DNA of 64,000 nucleotides from Candidatus Latescibacterota bacterium (GTDB lineage: Bacteria; Latescibacterota; UBA2968; GCA-2709665), in contig CBDCOX010000002.1 in assembly GCA_965219995.1 (NCBI GenBank), forward strand, positions 4,096,001-4,160,000, read 5' to 3'. Positions 38,498 through 49,101 of the stretch are shown one piece after another. The notes beneath the pieces are model-generated. The model saw only the letters and a program-made list of their open reading frames with translations, did not search any database and was not told the DNA's origin. Positions within the stretch are counted from its first letter, which is position 1. Each line of letters opens with the position of its first letter. Made by a program: the position numbers and the translations under genes.

Positions 38498-38506
38498 TGC
38501 CTTTTC

Positions 38507-38971
38507 TCATCTCCTGATCACGTCTTCGAACTCCTGGAACATTTCGATGCTGATCCCGTCGGGGTCCAGCGCGTACATCGCGCGGGCAACCACCACCCCG
38601 TCCCGGTCCACGTCCGTGGGCGGATTGATCGACCCGAATCCCGCCGCCTTCAGTTGCGCATACATCGCGTCCACGTCGTCCACCTCAAACGCCACGTGCG
38701 ACGCGCCCAGGAACCGGTTTTCCTGAGGCCGCGCTTCGACCCGCGGATGAACATATTGGACGAGTTCCAGGATGAACTCATTCACGGGATGCCGCAGGAT
38801 CGCGATCATCAGATGGACCTGATCGTAGCCCAGAATCGTATCGTAGGACGGTATGTCCTTCCGCTCGGATATCCGCACGAGCTCCAGACCGAGCAGGTCC
38901 TGGTAGAACGAAACCGAACGATCCAGGTCCGATACCGTAAATCCGTGATGGTGCCCCATGACAATGCCCAT
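38507..38971 (-). CDS. VOC/glyoxalase family protein
   Basis: HHGFTVSDLDRSVSFY, LELVQY, HVAFEVDD, DPDG..IE. Confidence 0.9.
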   Translation of the reverse strand: MGIVMGHHHGFTVSDLDRSVSFYQDLLGLELVRISERKDIPSYDTILGYDQVHLMIAILRHPVNEFILELVQYVHPRVEARPQENRFLGASHVAFEVDDVDAMYAQLKAAGFGSINPPTDVDRDGVVVARAMYALDPDGISIEMFQEFEDVIRR

Positions 38972-39268
38972 GTTTCTTCGCTCCCTGAAAGTCAATTTAT
39001 GCCTGCTGCGCAATCGCCAAAATCGTCTGTAGTGGGCCGTCGCGCCATATCCGGTTTGGTTAATATAAAGCCTGACCCTATAATATCAAGGTCGGCTTGA
39101 GACGGCGCGGGCGGATTACGAGCGCGAGCCCCTTGTTTTCAGGGGCGATTCAGGGAACTCCCGGCCAGGTGCGGTCGTCTATATTGAACCAGCCGCGGCC
39201 GGGCCCGCTCAATCGTTGGGCCGTCTCCGGCCCGGTCCGTTCCCACACCGTTTCAAAGGAGTTGGTCC

Positions 39269-39700
39269 ATGCGCATCCGAAGCACGCTTTCCCTGGCAGC
39301 CCTTTCCGTTATCCTGATCGCCGGTCCCGGTTTCGCGGGTGCAGTCGAGGTGCCGGGCGAAGGCGATCCGGCCCTTTACGTCGTGAAAGTACACGCCGAC
39401 TGGTGCGGCGCATGCACGGCCCTGATACCCGTCCTCGATGAGGTCCGGACGTCTCTTGCGGACAAACCCGTCCTCTTTCTCGAGCTCGACGTGACCGACG
39501 CGAAACGCGCGGCCCAGTCCCGGCTGCTGGCTGCCGCTCTCGGTTTCGAAGAGCCGTTCAAAGCCAACAACAAGACAGGCCTCGTACTGCTCATCGATCC
39601 TGCCAAAAAGGCCGTCGTGGAAACCCTCACGCGCAAGAATCCCGCGCAGGAGATGACCGGCAAGATCAAGGCGCACATCGCCATGGTCGGGAAATCCTGA
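39269..39700 (+). CDS. Secreted thioredoxin-like protein
   Basis: Signal peptide and ADWCGAC motif. Confidence 0.85.
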   Translation: MRIRSTLSLAALSVILIAGPGFAGAVEVPGEGDPALYVVKVHADWCGACTALIPVLDEVRTSLADKPVLFLELDVTDAKRAAQSRLLAAALGFEEPFKANNKTGLVLLIDPAKKAVVETLTRKNPAQEMTGKIKAHIAMVGKS

Positions 39701-39764
39701 GCATCGAGGTGCTGTGCGGCGAGGGGAGACGGGCGCGTCCACTTGGCTGCTAAGGAGAGACCGG

Positions 39765-40832
39765 ATGACCATTAAAGACATCACCGCGACCAGCGTCAGC
39801 ATCCCGTATGCCGCACCGGTCGGCCCGTACGTCGGCCGGGGCGCCGGCGGCGGTACGCTGGGGGGAGCAGGCCTCATTGTCAGGATCGAGTCCGATTCCG
39901 GTCTGGTGGGATGGGGCGAGGGCACCGGGAGCTTTGAAACGGATCCCAACGCGATCCTTGCAGGCAGCCACGTTTCCGACATCGAAAAGGCGATCGGACT
40001 CCTGGAAGTTTCGGGCATCGCGAGGGGTCCCATGTCCGGCGTCGAAATGGCACTCTGGGACCTCGTCGGCAAGCACGCCGGGCTGCCGGTATGCCGACTG
40101 ATGGGCGGCGTTGTGCGCACCGAAGTCGACTTCACCGCATGCATGGGCCTGAAGGAACCCGGACGGTCCGCCGCCACGGCGCGGGAGTATATCGACCGGT
40201 GGGGGTTCCGTTTCATCAAGACGAAAGCCGGCAATGACCCCTCGCAGGACCTGGCCATTGCCGAAGCGGCCTGTAAGGAGATCGGCGGCGAAGCCGTATT
40301 CCGCCCGGATGCGAACGGCGGTTACCCGCCGGAAGAGACGATGGATATCATGCAGAAGATGGCGGACCTGGGCGTCACGCACTTCGAAGACCCATGCCAC
40401 ACCGAGCACGTGGAAACGCTCGCGCGGGTGCGCGGCGAAATCGGCACGCACATCCTCGTCAACGGCGGCGTTGCCCTGCCGGGAAGCATCCGGCCCTTTC
40501 TGGAATCCGGATGTGCTGACTCCCTGATGCCGGACACCCCGGCCGCCGGCGCGATGCTTCGCGTCAGGAAGATCGCTGACGCGGCAGAACCGTGGAACGT
40601 GCCCTGCCTGATGCACTGTTCCCACGACCTGGGCCTGAAGACCGCAGCGATTACCCATATTGCCGCTTCCACGCCCAACTTCTCGGGCCCCAACGACACC
40701 TGCTACCACGGGTTGGTGGACGACGTACTGGCCGAACCCTTCACGTTTGAAAACGGGCGGCTGAAGGTTCCTCTCGGCGCGGGCCTTGGCGTGGAAGTCG
40801 ACGAATCCAAGGTTGAACGGTACAGGGTCTGA
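39765..40832 (+). CDS. Mandelate racemase/muconate lactonizing enzyme family
   Basis: G.VGWGE, EMALWDLVGK, KTKAG, DANG, EDP, GLGVEVD. Confidence 0.9.
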   Translation: MTIKDITATSVSIPYAAPVGPYVGRGAGGGTLGGAGLIVRIESDSGLVGWGEGTGSFETDPNAILAGSHVSDIEKAIGLLEVSGIARGPMSGVEMALWDLVGKHAGLPVCRLMGGVVRTEVDFTACMGLKEPGRSAATAREYIDRWGFRFIKTKAGNDPSQDLAIAEAACKEIGGEAVFRPDANGGYPPEETMDIMQKMADLGVTHFEDPCHTEHVETLARVRGEIGTHILVNGGVALPGSIRPFLESGCADSLMPDTPAAGAMLRVRKIADAAEPWNVPCLMHCSHDLGLKTAAITHIAASTPNFSGPNDTCYHGLVDDVLAEPFTFENGRLKVPLGAGLGVEVDESKVERYRV

Positions 40833-40917
40833 TCCCCGGTCGGCCCTTCGCCCGGTTGTCGCCAGGGCGGGGCCGGACGCCTCCCCGAAGTTTTCGTTCC
40901 AAGCTGAAAAGGCTGCC

Positions 40918-41757
40918 ATGAACGCCGTCCGAGTCGACGACCGCGACTGGTCCACGCTGACCCTGGGCGAACGCATCCGCCAGATAGAACTCGACGGTTA
41001 CGTCGTGCTGCCCGATCTGCTCACTCGCGGACACGTTACCGGGCTCAAAGCCGAGACCGCCAGGCTGGAGACCCGCCCGGTGGACTACAGCGTCCACCAG
41101 CAGGTCTGTCCGAATCTGCAATTCACCGGCGGGCTCATCACCGATCTCATCGCCCATCCTCCCACCCTCGCCTTTCTGAACGAACTGTTCGGCGGGGATC
41201 CCATCTTCATGTCACACACGTATGCCCGTTCCGAACCCGGCCATCCCGGCATCAGCCTCCACACCGACGGGCAGCCCTACGGTTCTCAGATCTTCGGGTA
41301 CGGCGGCAGCGTGCCGTTCATGGTCCGGGTGCTCTATTATCTGGACGACCTCACCCGAAACGTCTCGCCCTTCCGCGTGATCCCCCGCTCCCACCTGTCC
41401 ATGCACGCCGACGCGAACCCGTACAAACGCTACGAGGACCATCCCGAACAGGTGATGGTCCCCGTTGAATCCGGCAGCGCCGTTCTGATCAACCACAAGG
41501 TCTTTCACGGGAACTTCCCGAACACCGGCGCCCACGCCCGGGAAATGCTGGCCGTTGCCTACCGTCCCGCCTGGGCCGGCCCCATTGACGAAGTTCCCGC
41601 ATGGGACGAGGCCGACCTCGCCGCATTGCCGGATCCCGTGCGTCCCCTCTTCGCCGATCCCAACACCCGCCACTGGGACTTCCACGGCGGCAACAAACCG
41701 GCCAACATGGCCAGCGAAGCGCCCGGCATCAATCCCAGCCGCTGGGACCGTCAGTAG
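40918..41757 (+). CDS. PhyH family Fe/2OG dioxygenase
   Basis: DGYVVLP, LHTD, YLDD, IPRSH, FHGN..N, R. Confidence 0.85.
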   Translation: MNAVRVDDRDWSTLTLGERIRQIELDGYVVLPDLLTRGHVTGLKAETARLETRPVDYSVHQQVCPNLQFTGGLITDLIAHPPTLAFLNELFGGDPIFMSHTYARSEPGHPGISLHTDGQPYGSQIFGYGGSVPFMVRVLYYLDDLTRNVSPFRVIPRSHLSMHADANPYKRYEDHPEQVMVPVESGSAVLINHKVFHGNFPNTGAHAREMLAVAYRPAWAGPIDEVPAWDEADLAALPDPVRPLFADPNTRHWDFHGGNKPANMASEAPGINPSRWDRQ

Positions 41758-41785
41758 CGCCCCGCGCTCAGCCGCCGGACGCGGG

Positions 41786-42673
41786 TCACGTCAGCGAGTT
41801 CCACTCCGCGCCGAGCGCATCGAACTGCCCGTAAAATGCCTCCAGCACCGGGTCGGCGAGCGGCCCCTTTGTCGTTAATTGCAGATTATGCCGGGCATGG
41901 TCGGGGTTCGTCGTCCCCACAATGGCCGTGTCGATGGCGTCCTGCGAAAGCGTGAATCGAAGGGATAGCTCGATGGGATCCTCCGGGGCTCCATCCGGGA
42001 CCTCGAGCTGCTGCGCCCGCTCCCAGTAGGCATCCGCGTATCCGTACGGCGACGCCGACTGCCCGATCGCACCGTTCGCGATCGGCCTCTTCGCAATCAC
42101 GCCCATCTCCGCGGCATGCGCCTCCGGCAGCACGTCTGCGCGCCCTTTCTGATCCACCAGGTTGAACGACGTCTGCAGTGTGCTGAATACGCCCATCCGG
42201 ATCGCCTCCAGCGCGTCCTCGCCGTCTCCGCTGTATCCTACGTACCTTGTCTTGCCCGCATCCTTCGCACGCATCACCGCGTCCACGGCCTCGCCCGTCC
42301 TGAGCACGTCCGCAGAACACGTATGCAGCTGGACGAGGTCAACGTAATCCGTTTTCAACCGCTGCAGCGACCGGTCGATGCTCTCCTCGATGATCTCTCT
42401 CGACCACGGTTCCCCGGTGGCATCCCCGGTCACGTGGCCGCACTTGGTTGCCAGGACGTATTCGTCCCGTCGTCCGCTGATGTACCGGCCGATCAGCTCC
42501 TCGCTGTTGTGGTAACAGGCCGCCGTGTCGACCAGCGTAATCCCGTCGTCCAGCAGCCGGTTGAGCAGATTTCCAACGCGACCGGCATCCACGTCCTCCA
42601 GCCCGATCCTCGCGCCGCCGAACCCCAGGCGGGTGACTTCCATATCCGTCCTGCCAAGCGTACGTGTCTCCAT
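41786..42673 (-). CDS. Aldo/keto reductase
   Basis: METRTLGRT, DTAACY..SEELIG, ATKCG, SLQRLKTDYVDLVQLH; GGAGG RBS. Confidence 0.92.
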   Translation of the reverse strand: METRTLGRTDMEVTRLGFGGARIGLEDVDAGRVGNLLNRLLDDGITLVDTAACYHNSEELIGRYISGRRDEYVLATKCGHVTGDATGEPWSREIIEESIDRSLQRLKTDYVDLVQLHTCSADVLRTGEAVDAVMRAKDAGKTRYVGYSGDGEDALEAIRMGVFSTLQTSFNLVDQKGRADVLPEAHAAEMGVIAKRPIANGAIGQSASPYGYADAYWERAQQLEVPDGAPEDPIELSLRFTLSQDAIDTAIVGTTNPDHARHNLQLTTKGPLADPVLEAFYGQFDALGAEWNSLT

Positions 42674-42706
42674 CGCATAACCTCCATCAAAAGCCGGGAG
42701 GTGTGA

Positions 42707-42739
42707 TCCTCTCCCGTCTCCCCTCTTACCTCTCACCGA
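42707..42739 (+). repeat. Solo right arm of the modular repeat (locus 9)
   Basis: TCCTCTCCCGTCTCCCCTCTTACCTCTCACCG. Confidence 0.6.
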
Positions 42740-42832
42740 TTCTGGCTGACCGCCGATAGCTTTTTTCCCGACCGTGAAGATACGGTCAGCGACAGGATAA
42801 TGCAAGAGGTTAGCCCGTAATCCCGTTTTGGG

Positions 42833-42861
42833 TTGACAGGAAAGCCGGTCTGGTTTAGGTT
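42833..42861 (+). promoter_or_regulatory. Candidate sigma70 promoter
   Basis: TTGACA-17-TAGGTT upstream of 42981. Confidence 0.5.
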
Positions 42862-42980
42862 TGAATATTGCGATGCACGCAGTGTGAAGGCTGAAAAATC
42901 CGTGGTGGCGACGGTCCGATTCATCTTGCAGACCGGCGTTCCACGGCCTGAAAACCGGCTTCGGCCAGGGGGTTACACCG

Positions 42981-43847
42981 ATGCAACAGACCCGGGAACG
43001 AGTGGCTTTCGACAATTACGTGGACGACGGCGGCTACACCGCGGACCTTTATGAGTATCACGAGATTGATGAAGGAATCGAAAGCCTCGACGCTTCCACC
43101 GATGCGGACGTGGATTTTTTCCACCGGAACGGCTATCTGGCCGTCAGAAATGCGTTCACGAGCGCCGAGGTCGATGACATGCAGAACGGACTCATGGATC
43201 TCATCAAGGGGAAGAATCCGGAATTCAAGGGCGTGCAGTTCGAAATCAGCTACAAGGACAGGCTGCACACGCTGACGGACGACGAACGGTGGGACGCCGT
43301 GCGGAAGCTCCAGTACTTCATGGGCTACGACCACCGATTGACCCGTCTGGCCGAACATTCGAAGATCCTGGACATCATGGCGCGAATCATCGGCGAGGAA
43401 CCGGCGCTCTATTCGCATCAGGCCATCCTCAAACCGCCGCGGGTGGGGCGTGAAAAACCCTGGCACCAGGACCACGCCTACTTCAACCTTCCGATGGGGA
43501 CGACCATCGTGAGCATGTGGATTTCACTGGACAGAGCCACACCCGAAAACGGCTGCATGCGGGTGATTCCCGGTACCCATCTGCAGGGTCCCAGGGTCCA
43601 TTTCAAGCGCCGCGACTGGCAGATCTGCGACACGCATGTGGTCAGAGACCGCGTGGTGGCGGTCCCGCTGGAACCGGGTGGCTGCCTCATCTGGTCGGGC
43701 ATGATTCACCACGGCACGCCTGCCAACACCACCTCCCATCGGCGCAGGGCCCTGCAGTTCCACTATTGCCCCGCGCGCGTGGAAGCGACCTCGTCACAGG
43801 AGCGCCTGGCCGTATTCGGGAGCGAAGGAAAAGACGTCACCTGCTGA
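42981..43847 (+). CDS. PhyH family Fe/2OG dioxygenase
   Basis: KPWHQD, WISLD.ATPENGCM.VIPGTH, HHGTP.N, RRALQFHY. Confidence 0.92.
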   Translation: MQQTRERVAFDNYVDDGGYTADLYEYHEIDEGIESLDASTDADVDFFHRNGYLAVRNAFTSAEVDDMQNGLMDLIKGKNPEFKGVQFEISYKDRLHTLTDDERWDAVRKLQYFMGYDHRLTRLAEHSKILDIMARIIGEEPALYSHQAILKPPRVGREKPWHQDHAYFNLPMGTTIVSMWISLDRATPENGCMRVIPGTHLQGPRVHFKRRDWQICDTHVVRDRVVAVPLEPGGCLIWSGMIHHGTPANTTSHRRRALQFHYCPARVEATSSQERLAVFGSEGKDVTC

Positions 43848-43874
43848 CGCTTGATCGAACCCGCAACCCCCAAC

Positions 43875-43912
43875 AAAAGAGCCCCGGTGAAGACTTGAAC
43901 CGGGGCCTTTTT
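43875..43912. terminator. Rho-independent terminator
   Basis: AAAAGAGCCCCGGT-loop-ACCGGGGCCTTTTT. Confidence 0.75.
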
Positions 43913-43927
43913 GACCCTTGTCGAAAT

Positions 43928-44758
43928 ATGGACTCCAAACTCCACTTCCTGCTCCGGATTCTCCTGGGAGGCCTCGCGCTCTATGTCCTCTACGCCGCCG
44001 TCCTTTTCTTCGCGCAGCGCCGCTTCATTTTTCCGCGGCACCTTGTCCGGACGCCGCCCGCCGACGCGACGGATGTGCCGGGAATCGAGCGCATCTGGTT
44101 GACATTGCGCGCCGGCCGAACGGAAACCTGGCTGCTCCCGCCCGAATCCGACGCGGGCTCCGCACCAGCGGTCATCGTAGCCCACGGCAATGCCGAGCTC
44201 ATCGACCACTGGGTCGACGAAACGACGGCTCTCGGACGTCTGGGATTCGCCGTCCTTCTCGTGGAATACCCCGGATACGGACGGTCTGAAGGCTCACCTT
44301 CCCAGGCCAGCGTCACCGAGGCCTTTGTGGCCGCGTACGATATGCTGGCGGCCCGGAATGACGTCGACGCGGACCGGATCGTATTCATGGGCCGCTCGCT
44401 CGGCGGGGGCGTGGTGTGCGCGCTCGCGGCCGAACGCCCGCCCGCCGCCCTGGTGCTGATTTCCACCTTCAAGAGCGTCAACGCCATGGCCGCGGAGAAA
44501 TTCTTCGTCCCCCCATTCTTCGCTCGGGACCCGTTCAACAATCAGAAGACGTTGAGGAGCTATCCCGGGCCCGTACTCATCGCGCACGGGACAAGGGATT
44601 CGCTGATTCCGTACCGCCACGGCGTCGCACTGCATCGCGTGGCCAGACGCGGCCGTCTCATCACGTACGAAGCCGGGCACAACAACTGTCCGCCCGACTG
44701 GCCGGCCTTCTGGGCAGAGGTCGAACGCTTTCTTCGGGAAGAGGAAATTCTTCGGTAG
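43928..44758 (+). CDS. Alpha/beta hydrolase (BEM46/ABHD13-like), N-terminal membrane anchor
   Basis: HGNA, EYPGYGRSEG.PS, GRSLG nucleophile, HGTRD, GHN. Confidence 0.9.
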   Translation: MDSKLHFLLRILLGGLALYVLYAAVLFFAQRRFIFPRHLVRTPPADATDVPGIERIWLTLRAGRTETWLLPPESDAGSAPAVIVAHGNAELIDHWVDETTALGRLGFAVLLVEYPGYGRSEGSPSQASVTEAFVAAYDMLAARNDVDADRIVFMGRSLGGGVVCALAAERPPAALVLISTFKSVNAMAAEKFFVPPFFARDPFNNQKTLRSYPGPVLIAHGTRDSLIPYRHGVALHRVARRGRLITYEAGHNNCPPDWPAFWAEVERFLREEEILR

Positions 44759-44803
44759 GCGACGTCGCCGCTCGACCCGTGCAATAGAACGGAGAATGCC
44801 CTC

Positions 44804-45580
44804 ATGCGGGCCATCGACTTCCACAACTCCTTCGTCCATTGGCGAACGGACTGGGACGTCCTTCCTTCCAAGACCGCCTCGCACAGACCGCCCTGGACGC
44901 TGAACGACGTCCGGGTCCCGATCGACAGCCGGTGCCGGTTGACGGAAAAGGCGTCGGGCGAATCGCGTGAATTCGTGCTGGGGGCGAACTGCAAGACCGA
45001 ACGCGTGGGGGTGCCGAAGGATATCTGGACGAACCCCAACGCGGATTTCGTCCCGGTCTTCACCAACGACCGGTTTCTGATTCTCAAGACCTACGACCGG
45101 GTGGGACGGCGCGTCAGCGCGTACCCGCCTTCGCTCGGCGATCAACCGGAACGACAGACGGGCCTGTCCGCGGAGACGTTCGTGGACGTACGCATCGATA
45201 TCGCAAGGAAGGAGGGACAGGTGCTGGGCAACGCCGACGACGTCATCCGGGCCGTATCCGACAACGGCCAACTCGTCGCCCGCACCGAATACGCGGATGA
45301 GCGGTATGCAGCTACCATTGACTATCCCATCCGGACGATCAACACGAACGAGCGGGACGGTTTCTTCCAGACGGATACCGGCCCACTTCTGTTCCCTGAT
45401 CTGAGCAGGGGCCCCGACGAACTGATCGATGGCATGGAACTCGCGTTCGCGGCCTTCAACGCACCGGACTGGATCGAGTTTCTCGTCCGGGTTCCGACGC
45501 CGCTGACCGACGACATCAGCGTTTATCACTACACCAGGTCCGTCAGACTGGACTGCGTGAACACGGTGATACGGATATGA
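44804..45580 (+). CDS. Hypothetical protein
   Basis: GGAG RBS, genome-typical codon usage, no recognised motif. Confidence 0.7.
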   Translation: MRAIDFHNSFVHWRTDWDVLPSKTASHRPPWTLNDVRVPIDSRCRLTEKASGESREFVLGANCKTERVGVPKDIWTNPNADFVPVFTNDRFLILKTYDRVGRRVSAYPPSLGDQPERQTGLSAETFVDVRIDIARKEGQVLGNADDVIRAVSDNGQLVARTEYADERYAATIDYPIRTINTNERDGFFQTDTGPLLFPDLSRGPDELIDGMELAFAAFNAPDWIEFLVRVPTPLTDDISVYHYTRSVRLDCVNTVIRI

Positions 45581-45678
45581 TCGCGCGACCGATGGGACGG
45601 CGGGAGGGTCGCCCCAGTCTACATTTGCACCGAGTACGCGCTATCGTTCCCCAAGTCTGAAACGCACCGACGCGCGAT

Positions 45679-46260
45679 TCATTCTCCGCCCGGTTGATCG
45701 CTCAACAGTCGAATTCGCTCTACGATTTCGTCGATGCCGGGCGAATATCCGCCTTCAGTGGAAACATGGATTGTCGGCAGGTCGAAATCGGGCGGCGTAT
45801 AATCCCCCGGAGGCGCGATTTCGGCGGTTCGCCTATAGATTTCAACGCGTTTGTCGCCGTGGTAGAACTCCCGGTCCGGATCGTCCAGGCCTCGCTCCAG
45901 GTGACGCCTGGCAGCCACCATCCCGTCGACGGCGCAGACCACGAAAACCGGCGTACACAATTCGAGGATCCGGGGGATTCTCGACGCCCAGACCCTGTGC
46001 TGAAACGCCGCCTCGATGACGACGGAGATCTTCGCGGTGAGATATCGATTCACGATGTCGAAGAACAGATCGGTGGCCACCCTGTTGGTGTCCGCCGGAA
46101 GCCGATCGTGTTTCACGCCGTGGGTGTTGACGTAACCTTCCTTGATCCCGTCGCGGCGGATCACCGGCATCCACAGCCGCCCGGCAAGTTTCCCGGATAA
46201 CGTGGTTTTTCCCGATCCCGGCCGGCCCGTGACGATGACGCAGGTGGGTTTACGGCTCAT
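45679..46260 (-). CDS. P-loop kinase (AAA_33-like)
   Basis: GRPGSGKTT Walker A followed by RDGIKE. Confidence 0.82.
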   Translation of the reverse strand: MSRKPTCVIVTGRPGSGKTTLSGKLAGRLWMPVIRRDGIKEGYVNTHGVKHDRLPADTNRVATDLFFDIVNRYLTAKISVVIEAAFQHRVWASRIPRILELCTPVFVVCAVDGMVAARRHLERGLDDPDREFYHGDKRVEIYRRTAEIAPPGDYTPPDFDLPTIHVSTEGGYSPGIDEIVERIRLLSDQPGGE

Positions 46261-46299
46261 GGTTCTACGGCTCGAAATAGGTTGAAGAACGGACCGCCT

Positions 46300-47982
46300 T
46301 CAATCCCGCGGCAGTTCCACGCTCGTCGCGCACTCCAGGTCCATTGTCACCGCGCGGAATTGAAAGCCGTATCGATCCACCGCTTCCCCGCGCGTCCCCC
46401 TGCCCGTATCCGGCAGCAGCACCGTCGCGCCCTTTATGTCCGCGTCCGCGCTGATCTCGTACGCACCGCCTTCCCTCCGTCGGAACCGCGCCGTGCGCCG
46501 CGCGCGTTCCCACGCGTCGATCCGTGCCGCCGTCCACCACGGCATGCCCTTGTCCCTGGTATAGCCGACGATTTCCCTGAGCCCGCCGCGAACGGCCGGC
46601 TCCCAGACGTGCGCGGGGTGAAAGAGGAAATGGGCGATGCCGTGGTGCTGAAACGCCTGGTCGGCGAAACAGTGCGCCAGGCGGGTGGAACAACGCTTGT
46701 GAATGTCCTGCACGGTCAGGTTCACCTCCAACACGTCGATCGGCGGGCCGCCCGGTGACTCGTCTTCAATCGGAAACCAGGGGTGGCATCCCCCGAAGGG
46801 AAAACCGTTGGTATAGGGCGTGTTCGGCCCCCGGCTCTGCTCCAAGGTGATGCCCGCGCGTTCGCACCACCGGAAGAACTCCAGCCGGCCCTGCCAGCGG
46901 AGCGTGTGGTTCTTGTTCGTGGTTACGGGGCGCCCGGACGCTTCCGTGACCGTTTTCAATTGTCCGGCCAACTCGTCATATCCCCATTTCAGATGGGCGG
47001 TCTCCGGTTTCTGGTCGTCCGACGCCGTCTGCCAGGTCTGCGCGTCGTAGTGCAGGGCTACCTCCGAGCCGTACTCGTGGATCGCGCGGTAGAATTCCGG
47101 CTGATAGTGCCCGGCCATGATGCACCACGTCGTCCGAACGTCCACTTCCTGAGTCAGCCGCAGCAACGACCAACCAAGCGCTTCGTCTCCGCCGTCCGAG
47201 TCGTGGGACATGTGCGCGATGGCAGGCAGGTTGTCCGGCCAGTACCACAGGACGGGCAGAGCGACGCCGACTTCCCGGCAGGCGTAGAGGACGGCCTTGA
47301 TGATGAGTTCGCGAAACTCGTCCGCTATCGGTTCCAGGAAGACGAGGTTTTCCTCCTCGCCCGGCACCGGCGACCGGTCGCGGTCCAGGTCCAGCGCAAG
47401 CCCCTTGATCCCGTCGATCCGCGTGGGTCCCGACGCGGGGGGTATCGGGTGCCCCTGCTGGATATGAACGATCGTACTGACGACGTCAGGACCCATGGCG
47501 ATCGCGATGCCATTGCCGGGCCGATGCTCCACTACCCCGTCGCTGGCGCCAATTACCCCCGCCAGGGCCGTCCCATCCACGGCTTTGATCCGGCGCCCGC
47601 CGAAACCGTGCAGACTGCTGGCGAATCCCGACGTTACCGGATGGTCATTCGCCGTCACCTGCACGTAGCCCTCCGCCATATCTCCCCGGTCCATCGAGCC
47701 GAATAGGTCGTCCATCCCCGACATGCCGCCCAGCCCGATCAGCGCCCCGCCCGATTCCACGAAGTTTGCCAGCAGCGCCCGCTCCGCCGCCGACAGCGGC
47801 ATATGCCAGGGCAGCAGGATCACGCGAAATCCATCCACAGCGGCAACGGGACGTTCGATCTCGTCGAACGGAATGCCGGCGTGTGCGAGGATTTCACGTA
47901 TGTAAACCCCGCCGTGATACCGGGAACCGTCCGGCGCCGTCTGTCCATCCGGATCGGTCACCACGCACAACGGAAGTTTCAT
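46300..47982 (-). CDS. Hypothetical protein: GATase-like/trimerisation N-domain plus polysaccharide-deacetylase-like domain
   Basis: LANFVESGGALIGLG; SHDSD, EVALHY, NH, LFHP pattern. Confidence 0.55.
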   Translation of the reverse strand: MKLPLCVVTDPDGQTAPDGSRYHGGVYIREILAHAGIPFDEIERPVAAVDGFRVILLPWHMPLSAAERALLANFVESGGALIGLGGMSGMDDLFGSMDRGDMAEGYVQVTANDHPVTSGFASSLHGFGGRRIKAVDGTALAGVIGASDGVVEHRPGNGIAIAMGPDVVSTIVHIQQGHPIPPASGPTRIDGIKGLALDLDRDRSPVPGEEENLVFLEPIADEFRELIIKAVLYACREVGVALPVLWYWPDNLPAIAHMSHDSDGGDEALGWSLLRLTQEVDVRTTWCIMAGHYQPEFYRAIHEYGSEVALHYDAQTWQTASDDQKPETAHLKWGYDELAGQLKTVTEASGRPVTTNKNHTLRWQGRLEFFRWCERAGITLEQSRGPNTPYTNGFPFGGCHPWFPIEDESPGGPPIDVLEVNLTVQDIHKRCSTRLAHCFADQAFQHHGIAHFLFHPAHVWEPAVRGGLREIVGYTRDKGMPWWTAARIDAWERARRTARFRRREGGAYEISADADIKGATVLLPDTGRGTRGEAVDRYGFQFRAVTMDLECATSVELPRD

Positions 47983-48090
47983 CGATGATCTCCTGGTTAG
48001 CGACCGGGTCGCCGGAAATGTGTTTCGCGGCGACCCGGTGTGCAAGCGGAGGCTATCAGGAATGGAAATCGTACGCGTAAACTTCGTCCT

Positions 48091-49101
48091 TTACCCCGCC
48101 ATATCCTTCAGTCGGTTCAGTTGTCCGTCGCTGCCCAGCGCGATGAGCACGTCGTCCTGATGAATCGTGACGCCCGAAAGCCCTGCCGAGGCCGCAGGGT
48201 CGACCCGGGGTTTTCCGTCCGACCCGTGAATGCCCACGACAATCGCCCCCGTCCGCTGACCGATATCAGTCTCCTTTAATCGCCTGCCCACCAGCGGCGA
48301 CCCCCCGCCAACGTGAAATTGCTCGAGCCGCATGGCCGCCTCGCCCTCGCCCACGACGACGTCGAGAAAGTCCACGATCGACGGCCGCAAAAGCACCGAC
48401 GCGATTCTCCGCCCCGCCAGCTGATAGGGTGACATCACTCTGTCGGCGCCCGCCGTCGTCAGCTTGCCGATGGTCCGCTCCTCCGCTGCCCGCGCCACAA
48501 TCGTCAAATCCGGATTCGCCTGTCGCGCGGAGAGCACCACGAACACGTTCAGGGCGTCCTCCCTCAGCACGGCAATCAAACCCTTTGCATTATGGATGCC
48601 GGCTTCGACCAGCACCTCGTCGTCCTCCGCGTGGCCCGCCACGAACAGGACCGTTTCGTCCCGGCCCAATTCAGAGCGTTCGGGATCCTTGTCCACAATC
48701 ACGAAGGGCATGCCCGCCCGCTTCAGTTCCTGCGCCACTTCCTTGCCGACCACCCCGCCGCCACAGATGATGTAATGATCTTTCAGGTTTGAGACCAGAC
48801 GTTTCATTCTGCGCCCTCGCATGGCGTGGACAATCTGACCTTCGAAAACGAAACCGATAAACGTCGTCACCGAATACCCGACGGCGACAAAACTGAACAT
48901 CAGAAACAGGATCGTGAATCGCTGACCCATCGGCGAAAGCGGATGTACTTCGCCATAGCCGACGGTCGTAATCGTAATCACCGTCATGTACAGACTTTCC
49001 CAGAATTCCCATCCCTCGATCCACACGTAGCCCAGCGTGCCGCCCAGCACCAGTAATACAGGAACCATGAACGCGATCGCGAAACGAACGAGCGGCGGCA
49101 T
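48091..49101 (-). CDS. Potassium channel with RCK (TrkA-N/TrkA-C) domains
   Basis: TTVGYG selectivity filter, HYIICGGGVVG, AGADRVMSPY. Confidence 0.93.
   Translation of the reverse strand: MPPLVRFAIAFMVPVLLVLGGTLGYVWIEGWEFWESLYMTVITITTVGYGEVHPLSPMGQRFTILFLMFSFVAVGYSVTTFIGFVFEGQIVHAMRGRRMKRLVSNLKDHYIICGGGVVGKEVAQELKRAGMPFVIVDKDPERSELGRDETVLFVAGHAEDDEVLVEAGIHNAKGLIAVLREDALNVFVVLSARQANPDLTIVARAAEERTIGKLTTAGADRVMSPYQLAGRRIASVLLRPSIVDFLDVVVGEGEAAMRLEQFHVGGGSPLVGRRLKETDIGQRTGAIVVGIHGSDGKPRVDPAASAGLSGVTIHQDDVLIALGSDGQLNRLKDMAG

Noticed and set aside
43842-43847. Cys-TGA at the end of a PhyH gene as a second Sec site
   Set aside because: The domain is already complete, read-through meets another stop within about 16 codons, and a terminator follows.
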